Origin: Myxococcota bacterium
GTDB taxonomy: Bacteria > Planctomycetota > UBA1135
Reading direction: 5' to 3'
DNA length: 64,000 bases
NCBI GenBank assembly: GCA_047638975.1
Contig: JBLINB010000004.1
Span: forward strand, 1,161 to 65,160
Shown in pieces: positions 57,053-64,000 of this stretch (positions within the stretch are counted from its first letter, which is position 1; each line of letters opens with the position of its first letter). A program made the translations under genes and the position numbers. The notes under the pieces are model-generated. The model was given only the letters and a program-made list of their open reading frames with translations. It had not been told where the DNA came from and did no database searches.

Positions 57053-57089
57053 AAAAAAAACCTCGCTCTATCTGAGCGAGGTTTTTTTT
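57053..57089. terminator. Bidirectional rho-independent terminator
   Basis: A8 run, CCTCGCTC-tatct-GAGCGAGG hairpin, T8 run. It serves convergent secretin 2 (+) and the HAD gene (-), whose stop overlaps the T-run. Confidence 0.8.
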
Positions 57090-57819
57090 ATATTTTCAGA
57101 CTGTAATGGTCAACTAATATTTGCCGCAAGTCTGAGAAGCGTTTAATCGTAAACGCTGGCGCAGTCATTGGGTTATTGACGCTGTGCTTGCCCCCACCGT
57201 TTACCCATACCGTTATCATTCCTGCAGCATTTGCAGTGTCTATATCATGAAAGGGATGATCGCCAACGTGCATGATATTTTCTGCTTGGCAGCCGGTTTG
57301 TTCAATCGCAGATTTATACAACTTCACATTTGACTTGGCGATGCCTACCGCATGCGTAATGAAGATAAGTTGTGGGTCGGTGTATTTATCTATTTCGAGG
57401 CGCAATATTTTTTCGGCCTGCTTGCGTACTAAACCAGAGGTAATAATTCCCAAGCGCACTCCGGATTGGTCAATGTCGGCCAATAGTTGGCGGTCGGCTT
57501 CACTAATATGCAGGTGCTTCCACTTAGCATTATGGTAGGCAATGGTGCCAGCAACGACAATCAAATCGATGTTAACATTTTTAAGCGCCTCGGCTGGCAA
57601 GCGCTTAAGCAAAAAATCATAGTGGTGATCATGGTTAGAGCCAAATTCTTGCACCACTAGCTCGAGCTCTTGCAGCAAATGATCTAGACTAGCATTTAGG
57701 CCTCGGTCAATCATTGCCTGTAAGGCATCGCGGCGAGCTATAGAGACAAAGTCCGTTGTAGCAAATAGAGTATCGTCAATATCTAAAAAGATTACGTCGA
57801 GCCGCGGAGATTTCGCCAT
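57088..57819 (-). CDS. HAD-superfamily hydrolase
   Basis: FLDIDDTLF motif I, ITSG motif II, and GDHPFHDI motif IV. Confidence 0.8.
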   Translation of the reverse strand: MAKSPRLDVIFLDIDDTLFATTDFVSIARRDALQAMIDRGLNASLDHLLQELELVVQEFGSNHDHHYDFLLKRLPAEALKNVNIDLIVVAGTIAYHNAKWKHLHISEADRQLLADIDQSGVRLGIITSGLVRKQAEKILRLEIDKYTDPQLIFITHAVGIAKSNVKLYKSAIEQTGCQAENIMHVGDHPFHDIDTANAAGMITVWVNGGGKHSVNNPMTAPAFTIKRFSDLRQILVDHYSLKI

Positions 57820-57846
57820 ATCCTAAGTTTAACCTGAAACCTATCC

Positions 57847-59427
57847 TTATAGCAATTTATTGAGCGACAAAATGTCGTGCGCTATTCTTTCGACCAACTC
57901 TGGGTCGTGGCTTATGAATAAATAGCTCAAGAGACGGCGCTGCTGCAGCTGTAGCAGCAAGTCAATAATCTCATTCTGCGCGGTTAAATCTAAAGAGGAT
58001 ATCGCCTCGTCGCAAACGACTACCTCAGGATTAAGCGCTAAAGCTCGTGCAATCGCCACCCGCTGACACTGGCCACCGCTTAGCTGCGATGGCAAGCGCT
58101 CTGACAACAGCGCTGCGTCTAGGCCTACCTCGCTCAACAACTCAAGTGCGCGCTGCTTACGCGTCGCCGCATCGGATTGAGAGTGCACCAGCAAGGGCTC
58201 GGCGACCGACTTCCAAATGGGCATCAGTGGATTTAGGGAGCTAGTTGGGTCTTGAAAAATCATACTGACATGACGACGAAAAGGACGCAATGCTGCTTGG
58301 TCCTTTTGGTGCAATGCGATGACATCGTTTTCAATATGCAAATTTAGCTCGCCTTTTATTTCATGTGCCAAACCACAAACAGCGCGCGCAATAGTCGACT
58401 TACCCGAGCCCGACTTTCCGACGATTGCCAAAGTTTGACCGCGCAGCAGCTTGAAGGAGATATCACTGACGATTTCTGACAAACGCGCGCGGCCGAAGAT
58501 GCGTGGTACGCGATAAGAAATGGTTAATCGCTTGGCTTCAAGCACGACCTCTTGGCTCTTGGTCTCGATTTGCACAGCACGTTGCTTTTCTGCAGCAGCC
58601 AGTAGACGCTTGGTTACTGGATGCTGCGGAGATGTAAATATATGACCCGTGCTATTACATTCGACCACCGTAGATGCATGCATCACCACGATATTGTCGG
58701 CGATTTGTTTAGCTAAAGAAATATCGTGTGTGATGAAAACGATTGCAAGTTCACGCTTGGCGCATAGCTCTGTAAGCAACCCAATGATCATCTCTTGAGT
58801 TTCAGGATCGAGCGCCGTGGTGATCTCATCCGCTATTAAAACTTGCGGGTCAGCAGCCAGAGACAATGCTAGCAATAAGCGCTGCCGTTGTCCGCCGCTT
58901 AATTGGTGCGAGTAGTTACTGCGTATATCTTGCAGCTCACCCAGACCTACTTCGGCTAATAGCTGGCGCGAACGGCGTTGACGTTCGGCGCTTGGCATAC
59001 TCTGAAAATGCGCTAACAAGACTTCGTCCAACTGCGTGTGAATGCTCAATACGGGATTAAGGCATGAACTTGGATCTTGAAAGACGTAGGCAATCTGCTT
59101 GCCACGTAAAGCGCGCAAACGGCTCTCTGGCAATTCGGAGATATCACTGCCGTCAAGCTTGATGATGCCGGAAGTCCTTTTAAGGCCATTCGGTAGCAAC
59201 TGCATCATCGCCAGGCATGCTAAAGATTTGCCAGAGCCAGACTCGCCGACGATTGCCGTTATTTTCGCAGCATCAAGCTGCAACTCGAAGTCTTTGACCA
59301 CTGTTGCAGAAGAATCGCAAACGGTGACCGTTAGCTGGCTCACACAGAGAATAGGCGCATCACTCACCTCATGATTGTAGGCGATTGCATACTCGATTTC
59401 TTTATTACTATCTTTTATCCTGTACAT
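57847..59427 (-). CDS. Fused tandem ABC ATPase of a peptide/nickel-type importer (DppD-DppF-like)
   Basis: Two Walker A sites (GESGSGKS, GKSGSGKS) and two signature motifs (LSGGQRQR, LSGGQCQR). I prefer ATG 59427. A GTG at 59475 would overlap the divergent gene. Confidence 0.85.
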   Translation of the reverse strand: MYRIKDSNKEIEYAIAYNHEVSDAPILCVSQLTVTVCDSSATVVKDFELQLDAAKITAIVGESGSGKSLACLAMMQLLPNGLKRTSGIIKLDGSDISELPESRLRALRGKQIAYVFQDPSSCLNPVLSIHTQLDEVLLAHFQSMPSAERQRRSRQLLAEVGLGELQDIRSNYSHQLSGGQRQRLLLALSLAADPQVLIADEITTALDPETQEMIIGLLTELCAKRELAIVFITHDISLAKQIADNIVVMHASTVVECNSTGHIFTSPQHPVTKRLLAAAEKQRAVQIETKSQEVVLEAKRLTISYRVPRIFGRARLSEIVSDISFKLLRGQTLAIVGKSGSGKSTIARAVCGLAHEIKGELNLHIENDVIALHQKDQAALRPFRRHVSMIFQDPTSSLNPLMPIWKSVAEPLLVHSQSDAATRKQRALELLSEVGLDAALLSERLPSQLSGGQCQRVAIARALALNPEVVVCDEAISSLDLTAQNEIIDLLLQLQQRRLLSYLFISHDPELVERIAHDILSLNKLL

Positions 59428-59429
59428 AA

Positions 59430-60926
59430 TTGAAAACCCTCTCTCTGCTGGCTTTACTCTGCTGCTGTTCACCACAGCCAGCCGAGTTAGTCGTAGTCAA
59501 TGGCTCCGAGTTAGATTCCTTTGACCCGCAACTGGCGACCAGTGCCGCAAGTGCCCGCCTGCTAAGCGCGGTCTTTGACTGCCTTACCGCAATCGATCCT
59601 GCGACCGGAGATTTGCGCGCAGAATTAGCTACAAGCTGGACGGCTAGCGACAGCAATCGCCAGTGGCGCTTTAGGCTACGCTCTGACGCACGTTGGTCGG
59701 ACGGCTCGGCGTTGACGCTGATTGATGTGCGCGACAGCTGGAAGCGATTACAGCGGCCGTCCACGGCTGCACCCTATGCGGATTGGCTTGCCGGAGCAAA
59801 AATAGAGATTGTTGATGGCGCTTTGCAGGTAAACTTTGGCACCCCGCAGCCTTTGTTTGCTATTTATTGTGCCTATCACGCCCTGGCTCCGATCCCCGAG
59901 CAGTTGCGTGACTCGGCACCCGGAGTTTTGCCAGACAGCATGGTTTATTCGGGGCACTATACGATTGCCGAAAGACACATTCGTGACTTTAGCCGACTCG
60001 AGATTAATCCGCAGCATCCTGATTTTTCGGAGCGCTCTTTTAAGACTATCGATTTCTTAAGTGTTGATTCGCAATGGACGGCGCTTAATCTTTACCTTGA
60101 TGAACAGGTCGATTTTATTCCTGCAGTCCCGCAATTGGCCGTTGCAAAATTGCAGCAGCAATATCCGCAATCGCTGGATGTGTCACCGAGCTTCGCTAGT
60201 TACTTTATTCGACTGCAGCAACAAGATGGTAGCCTCTTAAGCAATAAGAATCTGCGCAAGGCCTTGGCGCACTCTATAGACCGAGAACAATTGGTCGCTT
60301 TAATCGGTGGCGAGCGCCAAGCGGCATATGCGTTTATCCCGACCTTGCTAGACCGTTATACCTCGCGCATTGCTATTAAGTATGATGCCGTTGAAGCGCG
60401 TCAGGCATTAGCTATTGCCAAAACAGAGCTAAATCTCGATGCGATAAGTATTGATTATTTATACCCAGCGTCTGAGATGAATCGAGTCATCGCTGAATTT
60501 CTACAACAGCAATGGCATAGCGTTTTGGGTATTAAGGTTAGCCTCAATCAGCTTGAGGCCAAATCCTTCTTCCCGCTGCAAAGCGCAGGCGACTATCAAG
60601 CCTCGCATTCGACATGGATCGGAGATTATTACGACCCCTATACTTTTTTAGAATTATTTAGAAGCGAGCACCGTAATAACCGTAGTTTCTTTAGCAATGC
60701 GAACTACGACAAATTATTGGACGACGCGCAGCACTGCGTTGACCAGCAATTGCGGCTAGAAATCTTGTCCGCTGCCGAAGAACTGCTGCTTAGCGAGTAT
60801 GCCCTGATACCCTTGTGTTTCGATTCGAATATGCAACTGTTGCGCCCAAGTATCAGCGGTCACACTGCAAATAAGTTTGGGATTATTGAATGGCATAATC
60901 TAAGTCGCGAGCCGCAGCATGATTAA
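59430..60926 (+). CDS. ABC transporter substrate-binding protein, family 5 (peptide/oligosaccharide type)
   Basis: TTG start, signal/lipobox-like LLALLCCCS, then the typical SBP_bac_5 N-terminus (LDSFDPQLATSA...ELATSWTASDSNRQWRFRLR). Confidence 0.8.
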   Translation: MKTLSLLALLCCCSPQPAELVVVNGSELDSFDPQLATSAASARLLSAVFDCLTAIDPATGDLRAELATSWTASDSNRQWRFRLRSDARWSDGSALTLIDVRDSWKRLQRPSTAAPYADWLAGAKIEIVDGALQVNFGTPQPLFAIYCAYHALAPIPEQLRDSAPGVLPDSMVYSGHYTIAERHIRDFSRLEINPQHPDFSERSFKTIDFLSVDSQWTALNLYLDEQVDFIPAVPQLAVAKLQQQYPQSLDVSPSFASYFIRLQQQDGSLLSNKNLRKALAHSIDREQLVALIGGERQAAYAFIPTLLDRYTSRIAIKYDAVEARQALAIAKTELNLDAISIDYLYPASEMNRVIAEFLQQQWHSVLGIKVSLNQLEAKSFFPLQSAGDYQASHSTWIGDYYDPYTFLELFRSEHRNNRSFFSNANYDKLLDDAQHCVDQQLRLEILSAAEELLLSEYALIPLCFDSNMQLLRPSISGHTANKFGIIEWHNLSREPQHD

Positions 60927-61833
60927 CCTTCTACGCCGCCTAGGATTTGCTGTGATGAGTGTGTTATTGGTGCACGCACTGGCCTTTTTCATGTTGCACG
61001 GCACGCGTGGTGGCCCCTTCGATAGCAATCAGTCCTTCGCGGCAGAGACGCTCGCTGCACTTGAAGCACGTTATCAGTTGAATGAACCTCTAGCGACTCA
61101 GTATCTAAATTCATTGCGCGGTTTGGCGACTTTGGATTTCGGGCCATCCTTGCAATACCAAGGCACAGCAGTCAAAGAGTTGTTGAATGCCGCTATTCCG
61201 GTTTCATTGATTCTTGGCCTTGGCGCATTGTTTATCGCCGTTTTCGTTGGGCTTAGTGCCGGACTATATTGTGCGACTTCAAACTCTAAATGGCGCATCT
61301 GGTTAATCAAAGTCAGTGGTTCGACATTACTTGCCACCCCAAACTTTGTAATCGCCGGCATTTTGATTAGCATCTTTGCTTTCGGCCTCGGCATCTTGCC
61401 GGTAGCCGGACAGAGAAGTATTACTTCATGGATATTGCCGTGTTGTGCGCTTGGCCTACCCTTGGCGGCACAGCTTTTTGTACTGGTCCAACATCATGCG
61501 ACGGCAGCGCGTAACAGTAACGCCTATCGCAGCGCTTTATCCAGAGGTTTGCACAAACGTAAGCTGCAAATAAATTACATCCTGCGTCCGAGTCTAACAC
61601 CGGTGCTAGCTTTTCTAGGGCCAGCAGCGGCTGGCATCCTCACTGGCTCGTTGGTCATCGAACAAATATTTTCTCTACCGGGGCTCGGCACCTTTTTCGT
61701 GCAAGCTGCCTTAGCACGCGACTACACTTTGGCCTTGGGTGTAACCGTGGTTTATACAGCAGCACTTGCCAGCTGCACTTTTATCGCAGACATCTTGATC
61801 ATGAAATTTGATCCGCGTAATGAGTCTATTTAG
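60919..61833 (+). CDS. ABC transporter permease (DppB/OppB-like)
   Basis: 6-TM BPD_transp_1-type permease. It overlaps the SBP stop by 8 nt. Confidence 0.85.
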   Translation: MINLLRRLGFAVMSVLLVHALAFFMLHGTRGGPFDSNQSFAAETLAALEARYQLNEPLATQYLNSLRGLATLDFGPSLQYQGTAVKELLNAAIPVSLILGLGALFIAVFVGLSAGLYCATSNSKWRIWLIKVSGSTLLATPNFVIAGILISIFAFGLGILPVAGQRSITSWILPCCALGLPLAAQLFVLVQHHATAARNSNAYRSALSRGLHKRKLQINYILRPSLTPVLAFLGPAAAGILTGSLVIEQIFSLPGLGTFFVQAALARDYTLALGVTVVYTAALASCTFIADILIMKFDPRNESI

Positions 61834-61835
61834 CG

Positions 61836-62687
61836 ATGCATAGTAATCCATTTCCGCGTTGGCAAGCAGCAGTGTTGTTACTGATTTGCATTATTGCGAT
61901 ATTGGCACCCCAGCTACCGTTAGCCGACTATAGCGCGATGGATACCGAGCAACTTTTAGTAGCGCCGCAGTTGACCTCAGCCCCCTACCTGGGCACGGAT
62001 GCACAAGGACGCGACATGCTAGCGCGTTTAGTCAGCGGATCCCGAATTTCCCTCAGCGTTGGCCTATTCGGAACCATCGTGGCGTTACTGATTGGCGTTC
62101 CTTTTGGCGCATTCGCCGGCCTTGGATCGCGACGGCGTGACAGTTTATTAATGCGCTTTGCCGATGCACTTGAATCGATTCCGATGGTCGTGTTTATTTT
62201 ATTCATGCTATCGATATTGCAAGAGTATCGCATTGAATTAGCCGGCATCGGCTTCGGTAGATTACAGTTATTCTTCGTAGCTATCGGCGTATTATTTTGG
62301 CTGCCTACAGCGCGTGTAGTACGCGCCGAATGCCGCCGCATAAATAGTTTGCCATTTGTTGACGCCGCGCGCAGTCAGGGCATGCGCCAGTCGCGTATTT
62401 TCAAAAATCACATTTTACCGCAACTGTGGCCCGCCATTGGCAGCATGTTAATAATCACCTTGCCGCGCGTCATCCTAATGGAAGCCTTCCTTAGCTTTCT
62501 CGGTCTTGGCGTAGAATCACCCACCGTTTCATGGGGACGCCTTGCCAGCGATGGCATGGCTACTTTAAATCCTTTAGTCGATGCCGGCTGGCTCATATAC
62601 CTGCCTAGCATTGCATTAGTCGGATGCCTGTTGCTGTTCCAGCGCCTAGCTAGATGGGCGCGCGATTACGTCAATCTCGATTCTTAG
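61836..62687 (+). CDS. ABC transporter permease (DppC/OppC-like)
   Basis: An N-terminal TM helix is followed by LGTDAQGRDMLARL. An EAA-like loop (FVDAARSQGM) is present. Confidence 0.85.
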   Translation: MHSNPFPRWQAAVLLLICIIAILAPQLPLADYSAMDTEQLLVAPQLTSAPYLGTDAQGRDMLARLVSGSRISLSVGLFGTIVALLIGVPFGAFAGLGSRRRDSLLMRFADALESIPMVVFILFMLSILQEYRIELAGIGFGRLQLFFVAIGVLFWLPTARVVRAECRRINSLPFVDAARSQGMRQSRIFKNHILPQLWPAIGSMLIITLPRVILMEAFLSFLGLGVESPTVSWGRLASDGMATLNPLVDAGWLIYLPSIALVGCLLLFQRLARWARDYVNLDS

Positions 62688-63023
62688 ATCACGCGGCAGA
62701 CGTTGCACTTCGACGCACGAGCGCGCCGGTTGGTGGCCGTCTAGATGTTCGCTATAGATGGCATTCATTGCAGCGAATTCGTCCATGTCGGCGAGATAAA
62801 CAGTCGCCTTCACGATGTCTTGCAAACTGCAGCCGGCGGCCGACAAGATTTCTTTTAGATTAGAAAATACTTGTTGCGTTTGACTTTCAATATCGTCACC
62901 GACGATTGAATTATCTGCGCACATACCGACGACTCCGGAAGTGTACACCCAACCGTCAACACGAATGGCTTGACTGTAAGGACCGATTGCTTGTGAAGAT
63001 TTATTCGTGTGAATGATTTCCAT
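62646..63023 (-). CDS. ridA: RidA/YjgF-family reactive intermediate deaminase
   Basis: APQAIGPYSQA-like N-terminus (SSQAIGPYSQAI), PARSCVEV..LPRD..IEIDVIA C-terminus, 125 aa. Confidence 0.9.
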   Translation of the reverse strand: MEIIHTNKSSQAIGPYSQAIRVDGWVYTSGVVGMCADNSIVGDDIESQTQQVFSNLKEILSAAGCSLQDIVKATVYLADMDEFAAMNAIYSEHLDGHQPARSCVEVQRLPRDLRIEIDVIARPSS

Positions 63024-63506
63024 TTATACTTTGCTAGTTAATTGTTGATGAACATGATCGCTGAGAAATTGTGGCAAAACACCGCCGTTGATATAGACCT
63101 CTTGAATCAAGCTCGAAGAGACGTAAGAGAACTTTGGATTTGGCATGACAAATACGCTTTCGATAGTGGCATCGAGTTGACGGTTGGTTAAAGCCATCGG
63201 ATATTCATATTCGAAATCCGTTACGCTACGCATGCCACGCAGCAAAATCTTGACGTCATGACTTTGCGCATATTCGACCAATAGCCCAGAGCAAGAATCG
63301 ATGACTACCGGCAAATCTGCTAAGTCGTGGCGCAGTAGTTCGAGGCGCTCTTCGAGGCTAAAAAGCCCTTTTTTATTTATGTTTTCAGCGATGACGATAC
63401 GCAATGATCCGAACAATGCAACACCCCGTTTAATCAAATCGTAGTGACCAAGTGTTGGGGGGTCGAAGCTACCCGCAAATAATGCGTGTGGATGTAATTC
63501 TGCCAT
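63024..63506 (-). CDS. coaD: Phosphopantetheine adenylyltransferase
   Basis: FAGSFDPPTLGH nucleotidyltransferase motif and SSSLIQE near the C-terminus. I prefer the start at MAELHPH (63506) over 63554. Confidence 0.9.
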   Translation of the reverse strand: MAELHPHALFAGSFDPPTLGHYDLIKRGVALFGSLRIVIAENINKKGLFSLEERLELLRHDLADLPVVIDSCSGLLVEYAQSHDVKILLRGMRSVTDFEYEYPMALTNRQLDATIESVFVMPNPKFSYVSSSLIQEVYINGGVLPQFLSDHVHQQLTSKV

Positions 63507-63552
63507 GTAAATATTGTAGTGTACTATTCGCCTGTGGACGTCTACTTTATGC

Positions 63553-64000
63553 ATGAACTCTTGGCGTCACTCTAAGTTGCTGCAACTAGCCTTTTGCAGC
63601 TACTTGTTGGCAGCGCTATTGCTATACATGCTGCCATGGCATCGAGATTATGCCGACACACTGGCTTTATATTTAAGTGGCGTATGCTGCTTATTGGCGA
63701 TTGCTAGTTACTGGTTGTTCATCAATACCCGCATCATGCTCATCTTAGCGATGGCCTGTTTGGCATATTTGCATCAGCCCCCACAGTTGTTGCTTCAAAA
63801 GGCGCGGTTGCATCCGGTAACTCTTCACGCCACGGTATCCGCCATCACCGTGCATAGCGACTATGTCAAAATAATGCTGCGAGATATCAGCAGTGACGAC
63901 AACGCAGAGTTGAATACTCTTAAAGAACTACGTGCCATCAATAGTAATAATTATTGCAATTTAGAGATAGGCGAACGCATCGCGGCGCAGGGCATCCTCG
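63553..64000 (+). CDS. Partial (5' end) polytopic membrane protein, ComEC/Rec2-like N-terminus
   Basis: The frame is open from ATG 63553 to the window end and is absent from the ORF track because no stop is reached. Two or three TM helices are followed by a soluble segment (VTLHATVSAITVHSDYVKIML), as in the ComEC N-terminal domain. Confidence 0.3.
   Translation, partial: MNSWRHSKLLQLAFCSYLLAALLLYMLPWHRDYADTLALYLSGVCCLLAIASYWLFINTRIMLILAMACLAYLHQPPQLLLQKARLHPVTLHATVSAITVHSDYVKIMLRDISSDDNAELNTLKELRAINSNNYCNLEIGERIAAQGIL

Noticed and set aside
62646-62687. 42-nt convergent overlap of the permease and ridA 3' ends (and the 11-nt tgt/SH3-protein overlap at 10687-10697)
   Set aside because: Both reading frames end with family-typical C-termini, so the overlaps look real. 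Convergent 3' overlaps are common in compact genomes and no extra structure is evident.
1-64000. Search for CRISPR arrays, tRNA/rRNA genes, IS elements, integrases, prophage or defence islands
   Set aside because: I noticed no spaced direct-repeat arrays, no cloverleaf-like or rRNA-like segments in the few intergenic regions, and no transposase, integrase, restriction or Cas-like ORFs. The window looks like core chromosome. This was a by-eye scan, so short elements could have been missed.

Overview
This is a densely packed chromosomal window with about 60 protein genes. I recognised no rRNA, tRNA, CRISPR array, transposase or integrase.

Gene content suggests a member of the PVC superphylum (Planctomycetota or Verrucomicrobiota-like). 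This is inference only. The supporting signs are DUF1080 proteins, a cytochrome c plus beta-propeller dehydrogenase pair, Gfo/Idh/MocA oxidoreductases, a small basic protein, mostly Shine-Dalgarno-less starts, and a dcw cluster that ends at murB with no ftsQ/A/Z.

Main blocks:
1. 1-4.1 kb: late quinone-biosynthesis operon (ubiE/menG, CPBP protease, ubiX, ubiA-like) followed by holA.
2. 4.1-7.2 kb: a 1032-aa lipoprotein.
3. 7.4-10.7 kb: ruvB, SpoIID-domain gene and tgt, translationally coupled.
4. 14.4-25.9 kb: ten co-directional genes headed by thrS. They include adenosine deaminase, a NupG-like MFS transporter, a Gfo/Idh/MocA oxidoreductase, DUF1080 proteins and a cytochrome c.
5. 28.7-41.1 kb: dcw cluster mraZ-rsmH-ftsL-ftsI-murE-murF-mraY-ftsW-(LysM protein)-murG-murC-murB. 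It lacks murD, ddl and ftsQAZ.
6. 41.3-45.7 kb: der, queE and several small proteins.
7. 45.8-57.0 kb: the most unusual locus. Two paralogous lipoprotein secretins flank two large TPR proteins and an ExbB-ExbD-ExbD proton-channel module. I see no T2SS/T4P ATPase, platform or pilin genes and no TonB or TolA.
8. 57.1-64 kb: HAD hydrolase, peptide-type ABC importer, ridA, coaD and a partial ComEC-like gene.

Smaller sequence-level signals are a tRNA-Thr anticodon-arm-like hairpin in the thrS leader, phased GTGG boxes upstream of mraZ, overlapping extended -10 elements in a 20-nt divergent gap, three clear intrinsic terminators, and a 9-nt in-frame tandem repeat.
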